A stretch of DNA of 64,000 nucleotides, taken from contig JAEZSC010000186.1 of assembly GCA_023422005.1 (NCBI GenBank), positions 30,219 through 94,218 of the forward strand, read 5' to 3'. The translations under genes and the position numbers were made by a program. Every line of letters begins with the position of its first letter. Within the stretch, counting starts at the first letter, position 1. This document shows positions 1 to 9,256 of the stretch, one piece after another. The stretch comes from Bacillota bacterium (GTDB lineage Bacteria; Bacillota; Clostridia; Christensenellales; UMGS416). The notes below the pieces were generated by a model. It did not search any database, was not told the origin of the DNA, and saw nothing but the letters and a program-made list of their open reading frames with translations.

Positions 1-543
1 GCCGCCCAGGGCCATGGCCTTCACGCAGGACACGCAGTAGACGCACACGTCGTCGGCGGGCATCTGGGAGGCGCGCTGGCGCATCTTCTCGTGGATCGCA
101 TCCACGGGCCAGGCGGGGTAGTAGCTGTCTCCGCAGCACGCCTGATTGGCGCCCGTGCGCTCGGCCTCAATGATGGTGATACGCATTCTCTGGAGCAGCG
201 CCCGCACGGCGGTGTGCAGATCTGGCCGCGTGCGGGTGGGGCAGGCGTCGTGCACCGACACGGCAAGGCCGCCGTAATCGGGCAGCGGGAATGCCGGCAG
301 GCCGGCCGCGACCTCCCACAGCGAAACGGTGGCTAAGCCCTCCCGGCGGCTGCGGTATCGCCGGTCGCACCCGGAGCACGTGTTGATGATCGTGGTGCCC
401 TCGGGCAGGCCGTCCTCATGATGGCAGCAGGTGCTGTGCAGCGGCATGGGGCCCAGCGCCGCGTTCAGAGCCTGCCAGATTCGATCGGCCAGTTCGGGTT
501 TGTAGAGCACCAGCGCGCAACCCGGCGCAAAAACATAACTCAT
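1..543 (-). CDS. (Fe-S)-binding CCG-domain protein (HdrB/GlpC-like); C-terminal part runs off the window
   Basis: Open frame from ATG at 543 to the window edge, absent from the ORF track because no stop lies inside. My translation: MSYVFAPGCALVLYKPELADRIW...TCSGCDRRY...ACCGDSYY...CVYCVSCVKA, with Cys clusters including CCG. Confidence 0.55.
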   Translation of the reverse strand, partial: MSYVFAPGCALVLYKPELADRIWQALNAALGPMPLHSTCCHHEDGLPEGTTIINTCSGCDRRYRSRREGLATVSLWEVAAGLPAFPLPDYGGLAVSVHDACPTRTRPDLHTAVRALLQRMRITIIEAERTGANQACCGDSYYPAWPVDAIHEKMRQRASQMPADDVCVYCVSCVKAMALGG

Positions 544-545
544 AT

Positions 546-1580
546 TTAGAATTCTCCCTGAATTTCCTGATACGTGACCCGGCCCTCCAGCGCCAATAGT
601 CGCCGTTTGACTTCCAGCCCGCCGGCATAGCCCACCAAGTCCCCGCTGGCCCCCACAACCCGGTGGCATGGTATGAAGATCGCGAGGGGGTTGCGGTTGT
701 TGGCCATGCCCACGGCGCGACTGGCGGTGGGCTGGCCGATGTGCGCGGCGATCTGCCCGTAGGTGCGCGTTTGCCCGTAGGGGATGGTCAGCAGGGCATC
801 CCACACCTTTCGTTGAAACCCGGTGCCCGCCGGCCGCAGCGGCACGGTGAAGGCCGTGCGCTGCCCGACCAAGTATTCCCACAGCTGCTGTGCCGCCTCA
901 TCGGTGATGGCGCTGCGCCGCAGTGTCGCGCCGGATGGGGGCGGGCCGAAGTCCAACCGGGTCAGGGCGCCTCCGTCGGCGCACAGCGTGACAGGGCCGA
1001 TGGCCGTGTCATAAGAAAAACAGGAATCCGCTGCCGCGGGTGCGCCACCGCGCCGGGCGCGGCCCGGCGTGCCGCCGGCGTGCTTGGCGTGGAAGGCGTA
1101 GAACGCCGACAGGCTGCCAAAGCCCAGCTCCTGGGCCACATCCAGCACCGTCGCGCCCTGGGCCAGCGCGTCGGCGGCGTGTTTCGCCCGCAGGCTGTCT
1201 ACATATTGGCCGGGCGTCATGCTATACGCCGCCCTAGACAGCTCGATGGCGCGGTTGGCCGAGATACCCAGCGCCCGCAGGGACCGCAGCGCCTTGGCCT
1301 TGTCGGCGAAGCCCGCTTCCAACGCGGCCTTCATCCTCTCGGCCAGCTCCCGGTCGGGCCGGTGGTCGGCCAAGTCCGGCCGGCAGCGCTTGCACGGGCG
1401 GTATCCCGCGTCCTGCGCCTGTTGGGGGGTATCAAAATAGGCGACGCCGCAGCGGTTGGGTGTCCGCGACGGGCAGGAGGGGCGGCAGAACACGCCGGTG
1501 GATTTCACCGCATAGTAGAACCGGCCGTCATAGGCGCTGTCGTTGTGTGCAACAGCGGTCAATTTTTCTTCTTCGGTCAT
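546..1580 (-). CDS. ada: Bifunctional Ada: methylphosphotriester-DNA methyltransferase / AraC-type regulator / O6-methylguanine-DNA methyltransferase
   Basis: ORF 546..1988 trimmed to the ATG at 1580 (MTEEEKL). N-terminal Ada Zn site (FCRPSCPSR...CKRC), AraC HTH in the middle, C-terminal MGMT active site IPCHRVV. Confidence 0.9.
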   Translation of the reverse strand: MTEEEKLTAVAHNDSAYDGRFYYAVKSTGVFCRPSCPSRTPNRCGVAYFDTPQQAQDAGYRPCKRCRPDLADHRPDRELAERMKAALEAGFADKAKALRSLRALGISANRAIELSRAAYSMTPGQYVDSLRAKHAADALAQGATVLDVAQELGFGSLSAFYAFHAKHAGGTPGRARRGGAPAAADSCFSYDTAIGPVTLCADGGALTRLDFGPPPSGATLRRSAITDEAAQQLWEYLVGQRTAFTVPLRPAGTGFQRKVWDALLTIPYGQTRTYGQIAAHIGQPTASRAVGMANNRNPLAIFIPCHRVVGASGDLVGYAGGLEVKRRLLALEGRVTYQEIQGEF

Positions 1581-1758
1581 GGTGTTTCCTTCTTCCGTGG
1601 GGCTGTGCGGCGGGCCATGAGACCATCGCTTTATCTGCATTATAACAGAAGATCGTTTTGCTTTCTTTCTGTTCGTCCCCCTGTAATCGCCGTCCGGTTG
1701 GACATTTGTCCACTCTTTTGCTATATTGTTGCAAAACAACCCCGGGAGGTGAGAACCG

Positions 1759-2457
1759 ATGGCGACCAAGAGCAAACCCGCCGAAACGGGGAAGAGGAGA
1801 AGACCGGTGCTGACAGCGTTTTTCTGGCTGCTGGGCGCGGCGGTGGCCGCCGGTTTGGCTGTGCTGGCGCTGGATCTGGTTGTGGTGGCCGGGGGCGGCC
1901 GCGGCATCGTGGCCCAGGCCGACGCGAAGCAGGCCCAGTGCATCATCGTGCCCGGCGCCATGGTGTGGGGGGAGACGCCCAGCTTCATGCTGCAGGACCG
2001 GCTGGACGTGGCGCGGGAGCTCTATGACGCCGGCGTGGCCCCCAAGATATTGGTCAGCGGCGACCACGGGCAGGAGGACTATGACGAAGTGAACACCATG
2101 CGCCGCTATCTGGAGGATCATGGCGTGCCCACCGAGGACATCTTTATGGACCATGCGGGGTTTGACACCTATTCCACGATGGCCCGCGCCAAGGCGGTTT
2201 TTCAGGTGGAGAGCGCCGTTGTCGTGACGCAAAGATACCATCTGTACCGCGCGCTGTTCCTGGCTGGCAACATGGGTATCCGGGCCCAGGGCGTGCCCTG
2301 CGACCGCTACCAATCGGCCCGTCAGTGGTATTACGACATTCGCGAGATCGCCGCCCGCGCCAAGGACTTCGTGACCGCCCGCATCACCCGGCCGAACCCC
2401 AAATATCTGGGCGACGTGATCCCCATCAGCGGCAGCGGCGTGGCCACCCACGACTAG
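1759..2457 (+). CDS. SanA/YdcF (DUF218) family membrane-anchored protein
   Basis: N-terminal TM helix, then IIVPGAMVWG...ILVSGDHGQEDYDEVNTMRRYL...DHAGFDTYST, typical of the SanA/DUF218 core. Confidence 0.75.
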   Translation: MATKSKPAETGKRRRPVLTAFFWLLGAAVAAGLAVLALDLVVVAGGGRGIVAQADAKQAQCIIVPGAMVWGETPSFMLQDRLDVARELYDAGVAPKILVSGDHGQEDYDEVNTMRRYLEDHGVPTEDIFMDHAGFDTYSTMARAKAVFQVESAVVVTQRYHLYRALFLAGNMGIRAQGVPCDRYQSARQWYYDIREIAARAKDFVTARITRPNPKYLGDVIPISGSGVATHD

Positions 2458-2487
2458 TGCAGGCAACGCGCTTGCGCGCTGCCCAGG

Positions 2488-2525
2488 TTGCATGGGCGAG
2501 CAGGGGGCACAGTCCCCGACCAGCC
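2488..2525. repeat. 38-nt conserved-flank/variable-hairpin module, copy 1
   Basis: ttgcatgggcgagca-GGGGG cacag TCCCC-gaccagcc. Same flanks as the copies at 29240, 51659 and 55482. Confidence 0.7.
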
Positions 2526-2573
2526 TGTCGCCGCTGAAAGCGGCGAGCAGCGCCATCCGCAAAGGAGAGTCAA

Positions 2574-2990
2574 GTGAAATCCTTCCGCAAAGAATTAACC
2601 TTCAGCATCCCCCAACGGCGTGCTTACGTGAACATCACCGGGCAGGTGCAGCGCTGCATCGATGAATCCGGCATCCGCGAGGGGCTGGTGTTGGTCAACG
2701 CCATGAACATCACCGCCAGCGTGTTCGTGAATGACGACGAGTCCGGCCTGCACCAGGATTTCGAACGCTGGCTGGAGACGCTGGCCCCAGAGAAACCCCA
2801 CAGCCAATACCGCCACAACGGCTTTGAGGACAACGCCGACGCCCACCTCAAGCGCCAGATCATGGGCCGCGAGGTTGTGGCCGCCGTGACGGCGGGCAAG
2901 CTGGATTTTGGCACCTGGGAGCAGATCTTCTATGGAGAATATGACGGCAAGCGCCCCAAGCGGGTGCTGGTCAAGATCATAGGGGAATAG
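2574..2990 (+). CDS. YjbQ/UPF0047 family protein (secondary thiamine-phosphate synthase-like)
   Basis: GTG start 5 nt after AAAGGAGAG. Sequence ...[23 protein letters not shown]...[12 protein letters not shown]..., characteristic of YjbQ. Confidence 0.8.
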   Translation: MKSFRKELTFSIPQRRAYVNITGQVQRCIDESGIREGLVLVNAMNITASVFVNDDESGLHQDFERWLETLAPEKPHSQYRHNGFEDNADAHLKRQIMGREVVAAVTAGKLDFGTWEQIFYGEYDGKRPKRVLVKIIGE

Positions 2991-3039
2991 GCTCATATGG
3001 CGGCTGAAAGCCGTTCACATGGACCACGGAGGTGTGACC

Positions 3040-3648
3040 ATGGACAGGCGCAAGCGCATGGGAATCGTGGCGGCTTTGCTGCTGGTCGCCGCTATGCTGG
3101 CATCCTGCGAGCCGCCCGCAAAGCCTATGCAAACGGTGGAGGCCCTTGCCGAGCCGGTGGAATATTCCGAATTCAACCGGCTGATCGACAGCTCGGACAT
3201 CGTTGTGGTGGGCCGCGTGGTCGGGCCTGGCCAATCGATGGATGCCTTCGCGTTGATGTCGCCCGAAGAAAAGAAAGAGCATGGCATCTCCGACGACAGG
3301 AATTCCCCGATTACCGTGTACGACGTTCAGGTGATGGACTGTTGGAAGGGCGGCTTCGCCAAGGGTGAACGCATCCAGATGTATCTGAGCGGGGGCACAT
3401 GGGACAACGTGTATTATACGGACAACACGATAAAGGACTTTCAGCCGGATCGTGACTATATGCTGTTCCTGGCCAGGCCGATCGTGAAGAGCCTGGGCTA
3501 TTACATGGTCAACTCTACGACCCAGGGCATCGTGGCGGTGGAAGGGGAACGCGTCAAGGACCGGCGAGGCAACCCATGGCTGTTGACCGGGCAAAGCCTG
3601 GACGAAGCCAAACAGGCCTTCCTGCGAGCGCAGGAGGAAGCCCCTTGA
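3040..3648 (+). CDS. Putative lipoprotein, unknown function
   Basis: ATG 3040 lies 7 nt after GGAGG. MDRRKRMGIVAALLLVAAMLASC gives a signal peptide plus lipobox (LASC). No recognisable domain. Confidence 0.55.
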   Translation: MDRRKRMGIVAALLLVAAMLASCEPPAKPMQTVEALAEPVEYSEFNRLIDSSDIVVVGRVVGPGQSMDAFALMSPEEKKEHGISDDRNSPITVYDVQVMDCWKGGFAKGERIQMYLSGGTWDNVYYTDNTIKDFQPDRDYMLFLARPIVKSLGYYMVNSTTQGIVAVEGERVKDRRGNPWLLTGQSLDEAKQAFLRAQEEAP

Positions 3649-3684
3649 ATCGATAGGATCCTATGCTTACAGGAGAATTTCAAC

Positions 3685-4209
3685 ATGGATACGAGCGCTT
3701 ATTTCCTGACCCGGCCCGACGCCGCCGACCGCGAGGACGCCCGGGCCTTCAAGCGGGAGTTCCTGAGCTGCGGGGAGTTCATACAGGGGAGCTGCCTGTG
3801 GCTGGAATATGAGGACTATGACCGCTGGCTCAAATGGCTGGCCGACAGCGAGGCCAGCCGGGTGCCCGAGGGGCGCATCGGTTCCACGACGCTGTTCACG
3901 TGCCGCCGCAGCGACGGGCGCATCGTTGGCATTGTAGACATCCGCCATTCCTTAAGCCCTTTTCTGCTGGAGCGCGGCGGCCACATCGGCTACAGCGTGC
4001 GCCCCAGCCAGCGCCGGCAGGGCGTGGCCACAGCCCAATTGGCGTTGGCGCTGCAGGAATGCCGCAAGCTGGGGATCGACCGCGCGCTGGTCACCTGTGA
4101 CAAGCACAACCTGGGCTCCGCCCGCACGATACAGAAGAACGGCGGCGTGCTGGAGAATGAGGTCGGGGAAGGGAATGAAGTGATACAGAGGTATTGGATA
4201 CAGCTGTAG
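3685..4209 (+). CDS. GNAT family N-acetyltransferase
   Basis: GNAT acetyl-CoA motif region GYSVRPSQRRQGVATAQLALAL and a C-terminal NLGSARTIQKNGG. Confidence 0.75.
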   Translation: MDTSAYFLTRPDAADREDARAFKREFLSCGEFIQGSCLWLEYEDYDRWLKWLADSEASRVPEGRIGSTTLFTCRRSDGRIVGIVDIRHSLSPFLLERGGHIGYSVRPSQRRQGVATAQLALALQECRKLGIDRALVTCDKHNLGSARTIQKNGGVLENEVGEGNEVIQRYWIQL

Positions 4210-4266
4210 AGGGATTGCTGCCGGCATAAGTGTCATACTGGCATAGGGAACAAAGTCGTATGATGG

Positions 4267-4890
4267 TTGGAGGATATAAGCATCGTGGATGGTATAAGCT
4301 CCTGTCTTTTCCTGGTGCCGGCGGTGATGGTTGTCTCGCTTCTTTGGTTCCTTTTCAGAAGAGCCCGGATTTCGAAGGCTGTTTTCCTGAACAATGTGCT
4401 GCTGATCCTTACTGTCGTTGTCATTATGGACAAAGTATTTTTTCCGCTCCCCTTGTCCGCCTCGGAAATTGAAAACATGAGGTTGGGGTCGGCCAATTTG
4501 CCTGGTTATAATCTCGTCCCCTTCCATACGATCGCCTCTCAGTTGGCCGGGAGCGTATCCGCAAGGTGGGCGTTCATACAGCTCGGCGGCAACATTGTGC
4601 TGTTTATTCCCTTAGGCTTTCTGATCACGTGGAAGCTGTTTCAGCGGAACAACAAGATAAACGCGCTCAAGACGATTGCCTTATGTGCGGTATCTTCAGC
4701 GTTCGTGGAAGCTGTTCAGCTTCTGTTGTCATTCGCTTATGGCTATGCATACAGGTTCGCCGACATCGATGATCTTTTTCTGAATACGTTTGGTGGGGCC
4801 TTGGGGGTTGCAGCCTTTGTTGTCTCGCTGCCGCTGGTCAAAGCGTGGTTGTATAAGTCGGGGAAACCCGTGGCGAGCAATCTCTCATAG
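4267..4890 (+). CDS. VanZ family membrane protein
   Basis: Multi-TM protein with NLVPFHTI and GNIVLFIPLGF motifs typical of VanZ-like proteins. Start uncertain (TTG 4267 or internal). AT-richer codon usage than its neighbours. Confidence 0.65.
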   Translation: MEDISIVDGISSCLFLVPAVMVVSLLWFLFRRARISKAVFLNNVLLILTVVVIMDKVFFPLPLSASEIENMRLGSANLPGYNLVPFHTIASQLAGSVSARWAFIQLGGNIVLFIPLGFLITWKLFQRNNKINALKTIALCAVSSAFVEAVQLLLSFAYGYAYRFADIDDLFLNTFGGALGVAAFVVSLPLVKAWLYKSGKPVASNLS

Positions 4891-4904
4891 AAGGGGTTAT
4901 TCAA

Positions 4905-5471
4905 GTGAAGGACCTTGTTGTAGGCGTATCGGCCAGGCATATCCACCTCAACCAAGAAACTTTTATGAGTTTGTTTGGAGAAGAGGCGACCCTGCACAAG
5001 CTCAAAGACCTGCGGCAGCCTGGGGCTTATTCGTGTGTGGAGACCGTACAGATTGGCAATGCCGCATATTCGTTTCAGAATGTGAGAGTGCTTGGGCCTT
5101 TCAAAACTGTAAATCAAATTGAGATATCCAGTTCGGATGCTTACTTATTGGGATTGAACGCACCCATCAACAAATCCGGTGATTTCAGCAATGCCGAGAC
5201 CCTTGATGTGACGGTGGGCGCCAGAACAATCCAGCTGGCAAAAGCGGTTATCATTCCGCAAAGACATATCCATATTTCATTTGCTGAAGCAAAAAGAAGA
5301 GGATGGAAAGAAGACCGAAAGGTATCTGTTCTCGCAGATGGCATTCGCGGCGGTATCATTCACAATGTCCACATTCGTACAGGCGACTACAAGCTTGAGT
5401 TGCATGTTGATCTGGACGATGGGAACGCATTTGGTATACATACAGGTGATAGAGCAGAAATCATACCATAA
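4905..5471 (+). CDS. pduL: Phosphate propanoyltransferase (PduL-like phosphotransacylase)
   Basis: Two PduL half-repeats: VGVSARHIHL...VRVLGPF...QIEISSSDAYLLG and IIPQRHIHISFAEA...ELHVDLDDGNAFG. Confidence 0.8.
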   Translation: MKDLVVGVSARHIHLNQETFMSLFGEEATLHKLKDLRQPGAYSCVETVQIGNAAYSFQNVRVLGPFKTVNQIEISSSDAYLLGLNAPINKSGDFSNAETLDVTVGARTIQLAKAVIIPQRHIHISFAEAKRRGWKEDRKVSVLADGIRGGIIHNVHIRTGDYKLELHVDLDDGNAFGIHTGDRAEIIP

Positions 5472-5572
5472 ACCGAATGGCTTAATCGAATTGTAAACAA
5501 GTTGGCATCATTTTGCACTTCCCCCTGTTTTCGGGTATACTCCTAGCATCCCAAAACGCCGGAGGCATCCAC

Positions 5573-7642
5573 TTGCCCTTTCTCCCCGTAACAAAAGAAG
5601 AAATGACCGCCCTGGGCTGGGACCGGCCGGATTTCGTGTACGTGTCCGGCGACGCCTATGTGGACCACCCGAGCTTCGGCCACGCCATCATCAGCCGCGT
5701 GCTGGAGAAGGCGGGCTTCCGCGTGGCCATGCTGCCCCAGCCGGATTATAAGAGCAAAGCCGACTTCCTGCGCTTCGGCCGGCCCAGGTTGGGCTTTCTG
5801 GTCAGCGCCGGGAACATCGATTCCATGGTCAACCACTACACCGCGGCCAAGAAACCGCGCAGTCAAGACTTTTATTCTCCGGGCGGTAAGGCCGGCGTCC
5901 GGCCGGACCGAGCCACCATCGTGTATTGCAACCGCATCCGCGAGGCCTACCGCAACATCCCCATCATCATCGGCGGCCTGGAGGCCAGCTTGCGCCGCTT
6001 TGCCCACTATGACTATTGGGACGACGCCGTGCGCCGCTCGATATTGACCGATTCCGGGGCCAACCTTTTGAGCTTCGGCATGGGTGAGCGCTCCATCGTA
6101 CAGATCGCAAAGCTTATGGACCGCGGCGTGCCTGTGACCAGCCTGCAAACCATACCCGGCACGTGCTGTGTGGTGGAAAGCCCCGAAGAGGTCGAGGGCA
6201 TCGTGCTGCCCGCGTGGGACACCGTGCGCCACGGCGGCATGGACTACGCCAGGACATTCAAAACGATCATCGAGCAGCAGGACGCCGTGCGGGGCAAGCG
6301 GCTCATCCAGCAGCAGGACCGCGCCTTTGTCGTGCAAAACCCACCCGCGGCCCCTTTGAGCCAGAAGGAGCTGGATGACGTCTATGAGTTGCCCTACATG
6401 CGCGCGGCGCACCCGATGTATGCCGCGGCAGGCGGCGTGCCGGCCCTGGCGGAGGTGGAGTTCTCGCTGACGTCCTCCCGGGGGTGCTACGGCGGCTGCT
6501 CCTTCTGCGCGCTGACCTATCACCAGGGCCGCGTGGTGCAGGCCCGCAGCCACGAAAGCCTGCTGCGGGAGGCGCGCATCCTGATCGCCCAGCCGGGCTT
6601 CAAGGGCTACATCCACGATGTGGGCGGGCCCACGGCCAACTTCCGCTCGACAGCATGCGAGCACCAGAAGGAGCACGGCGCCTGCGCCCACCGCCAGTGC
6701 CTGTTCCCCAAGCCCTGCGAGCGCCTGCAGGCCGACCACAGCGACTATCTGGCCCTGCTGCGGCAGCTTCGGGCGCTGCCCGGCGTCAAGAAGGTGTTCG
6801 TGCGCTCGGGGCTGCGGTATGATTATCTGCTGCACGACCCCCACGGCGACGCCTTTTTGCGGGAGCTGTGCGAGCACCACATCAGCGGGCAGCTCAAAGT
6901 AGCCCCGGAGCATGTCGCAGACCGGGTGCTGCGGGCCATGGGCAAGCCGGGGTTTGACGTGTACCGGCGCTTCCAGGAGCGCTACCGGGAGCACAACCGC
7001 CGCCTGGGTCGGGAGCAATACCTGGTGCCGTACTTCATCTCCTCGCACCCCGGCAGCACGCTGCAAGACGCCATCGAGATGGCCGAGGCCATGCGGGACC
7101 TGGGCATCCACCCCGAACAGGTGCAGGATTTCTACCCCACGCCGGCCACGGTCAGCACATGCATGTATTTCACGGGCATCGACCCACGCACGCTCAAGGC
7201 CGTGCACGTGCCCCGGGGGGAGGAGCGGCGCATGCAGCGGGCTCTGCTGCAATATGGCCGCCCGCAGAACCATGCCATGGTGCGCAAGGCATTGCAGACC
7301 GCCGGCCGCGAGGACCTGATCGGCTTTGGCCCCAAGTGCCTGGTACGCCCGCAGGCATTGCGGGATGGCACTGCCCCCGGCTTGCGCAATGTCGGCTATG
7401 CCGCAATGCCGGCCGCCGCAAAAAGCGGCGAGCGTCGCTGCGAAGCAGCGAAGGATGTCCCGCGCGCCCCGGGCAAGTCGGCTGCGCCCAAACCCTCAAA
7501 ACCCGGTAAGGGTAAACCGCCGAAAGGCGCAGCCTTGCCCAAACCCGGCAAGGGGAAAGCCGCACCCAAGGCAGGCAAGCCGGGCAAGGCCCAACTTGCC
7601 AAGGCCAAGCCCGGCGCGGCCCCCAAGAAGGGCAGACGGTAG
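5573..7642 (+). CDS. YgiQ family radical SAM protein (UPF0313) with Lys/Pro-rich C-terminal tail
   Basis: LPFLPVTKEEMTALGWDRPDFVYVSGDAYVDHPSFG matches the YgiQ N-terminus. Radical SAM motif CYGGCSFC. I prefer TTG 5573, 7-8 nt after GGAGG, over the track start at 5513. Confidence 0.85.
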   Translation: MPFLPVTKEEMTALGWDRPDFVYVSGDAYVDHPSFGHAIISRVLEKAGFRVAMLPQPDYKSKADFLRFGRPRLGFLVSAGNIDSMVNHYTAAKKPRSQDFYSPGGKAGVRPDRATIVYCNRIREAYRNIPIIIGGLEASLRRFAHYDYWDDAVRRSILTDSGANLLSFGMGERSIVQIAKLMDRGVPVTSLQTIPGTCCVVESPEEVEGIVLPAWDTVRHGGMDYARTFKTIIEQQDAVRGKRLIQQQDRAFVVQNPPAAPLSQKELDDVYELPYMRAAHPMYAAAGGVPALAEVEFSLTSSRGCYGGCSFCALTYHQGRVVQARSHESLLREARILIAQPGFKGYIHDVGGPTANFRSTACEHQKEHGACAHRQCLFPKPCERLQADHSDYLALLRQLRALPGVKKVFVRSGLRYDYLLHDPHGDAFLRELCEHHISGQLKVAPEHVADRVLRAMGKPGFDVYRRFQERYREHNRRLGREQYLVPYFISSHPGSTLQDAIEMAEAMRDLGIHPEQVQDFYPTPATVSTCMYFTGIDPRTLKAVHVPRGEERRMQRALLQYGRPQNHAMVRKALQTAGREDLIGFGPKCLVRPQALRDGTAPGLRNVGYAAMPAAAKSGERRCEAAKDVPRAPGKSAAPKPSKPGKGKPPKGAALPKPGKGKAAPKAGKPGKAQLAKAKPGAAPKKGRR

Positions 7643-7724
7643 GGCCGGCGGTGCCGCGTTGCGGCTCTATTTTCTTTCCATAAAAATGATATTGTGGTGT
7701 ATAATAACTCAGAGGTGATCGCGT

Positions 7725-8540
7725 TTGAACATTTGGCAGGCGCTGATATTGGGCGCCGTGCAGGGCTTTACGGAATTTTTGCCGGTGAGCAGCTCCGGGC
7801 ACTTGACGCTGCTGCAGAACGTTTTTGGCCTCAGCGGCAACATGCTGCTCTTCGACACGCTGCTGCACGTGGGCACGCTGGTGGCGGTCTTTGCGGTGCT
7901 GTGGAAGGATATCATCGAAATCTGCAAGAAACCCTTCAGCGCGCTGGTCGGCTATCTGATCATCGCGACGATCCCGGCGGTCATCGCCGCGCTGTTCTTC
8001 GACGACATCATCGAGGCCAGTTTTTCCAGCAATGCCGGCGTGCCGCTGGGCCTGGGCTTTTTGCTCACCTCGGTGTTGATGTTCATAACGCCGCGCTTTA
8101 AGCCGGGCAAGCTGCCCATGGAGAAGATGGGCGTGCTGCGCCCCTTTCTGATCGGCGTTGCCCAGGCGATTGCCATCTTCCCGGCCATCTCCCGCTCGGG
8201 TTCTACGATCTTCACCGGTCTGGCCGCCGGCGTCAAACGCGAGGATGTGGCGCGGTTCTCCTTCCTGATGAGCATACCGGCGATCCTGGGCAGCGTCGTG
8301 TTCCAGGCTAAGGACGTGGTGGGCATGGGTCTGCAGTCTTCGCTGATGGGCGCAAGCCCAGTGGCGGTGGTGCTGGGTATGCTCGTGGCCGCCATCACCG
8401 GCTATGTGGCGCTCAAACTCGTATATGACACTGTGCGCAACGGCAAACTGTGGGTGTTCGGCGTGTACACGACGGTGTTGGGCTTGCTTGTGATCTGTGA
8501 CGCCCTGTTCACGCACATCGTGTTCCGTACGGCTTTCTGA
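7725..8540 (+). CDS. uppP: Undecaprenyl-diphosphate phosphatase
   Basis: TTG start after AGAGGTGA. BacA/UppP signature GFTEFLPVSSSGHL and a polytopic membrane profile. Confidence 0.9.
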   Translation: MNIWQALILGAVQGFTEFLPVSSSGHLTLLQNVFGLSGNMLLFDTLLHVGTLVAVFAVLWKDIIEICKKPFSALVGYLIIATIPAVIAALFFDDIIEASFSSNAGVPLGLGFLLTSVLMFITPRFKPGKLPMEKMGVLRPFLIGVAQAIAIFPAISRSGSTIFTGLAAGVKREDVARFSFLMSIPAILGSVVFQAKDVVGMGLQSSLMGASPVAVVLGMLVAAITGYVALKLVYDTVRNGKLWVFGVYTTVLGLLVICDALFTHIVFRTAF

Positions 8541-8554
8541 TTGGGGGATTCCAT

Positions 8555-9229
8555 TTGGCCATCAAGGCATTGTTCATGGATTTTTATGGTACGCTGGTGC
8601 GGGAGAACGACGGCTTGATCCGCGACATCTGCCGTCGGGTGTGCGAAACCACGCCCCAGGTCGTGGCGCCCGGCGACGTGGCCCACTACTGGTGGGAGAC
8701 GATGAACGGGCTGTTCCGCGACCATCAGGGCGACGATTTCCTGCCCCAGCTGGAGCTGGAGGAGCGGGCGTTGCAAGAGGTGGCCGCGCGTTTTGATTCG
8801 CATCTGAGCATCTCCGACGCGCTTTCGGAGATCGTGACATCCTGGCAGAAGCCCGAGGCTTTCTCCGACGCCCGGTCGCTGTTCAGCCGCATACCGCTGC
8901 CGGTGTGCATCGTGGCCAACGGCGACCGCGAGCCCATGGCGGCGGCGGTCAACTACGCACAGATCCCCGTGACGGCCATGGTGACCAGCGAGGATGCCCG
9001 TGCTTACAAGCCCGGCGAGGCCATCTTCCTGCATGCGCTCAAGGTCATGGGCATCAAGCCCGCCGAGGCGCTCTTCGTGGGCGATTCCATCTATTATGAC
9101 ATGCAGCCGGCGCAGAAGACGGGGATGTACACCGCGTGGGTGAACCGCAACGGCCGCACGCTGGGCGGGCGCTGCCTGCCGGACGTCACCTGCGACAACC
9201 TGCAGCAGCTGCGCCAGATGATTCACTAA
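8555..9229 (+). CDS. HAD family hydrolase
   Basis: Motif I FMDFYGTLV (DxxGT), and a later GDSIYYDM motif IV-like region. Confidence 0.75.
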   Translation: MAIKALFMDFYGTLVRENDGLIRDICRRVCETTPQVVAPGDVAHYWWETMNGLFRDHQGDDFLPQLELEERALQEVAARFDSHLSISDALSEIVTSWQKPEAFSDARSLFSRIPLPVCIVANGDREPMAAAVNYAQIPVTAMVTSEDARAYKPGEAIFLHALKVMGIKPAEALFVGDSIYYDMQPAQKTGMYTAWVNRNGRTLGGRCLPDVTCDNLQQLRQMIH

Positions 9230-9256
9230 AGTTAAGCTCTTAGAACTGTTTCTGCG

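Noticed and set aside
4905-5471. PduL as a marker of a bacterial microcompartment locus.
   Set aside because: No BMC shell, aldehyde dehydrogenase or diol/ethanolamine lyase genes occur anywhere in the window.
5543-7273. 576-aa minus-strand ORF antisense to the YgiQ gene. Similar giants: 13888..16077 (729 aa), 15887..17236, 17315..19036, 18342..19700, 20492..22108, 39833..41509, 44209..45657, 58997..60355.
   Set aside because: These are typical high-GC shadow ORFs. They are R/A/G/H/P/Q-rich low-information translations with no SD, and each lies fully antisense to a gene with clear family motifs.
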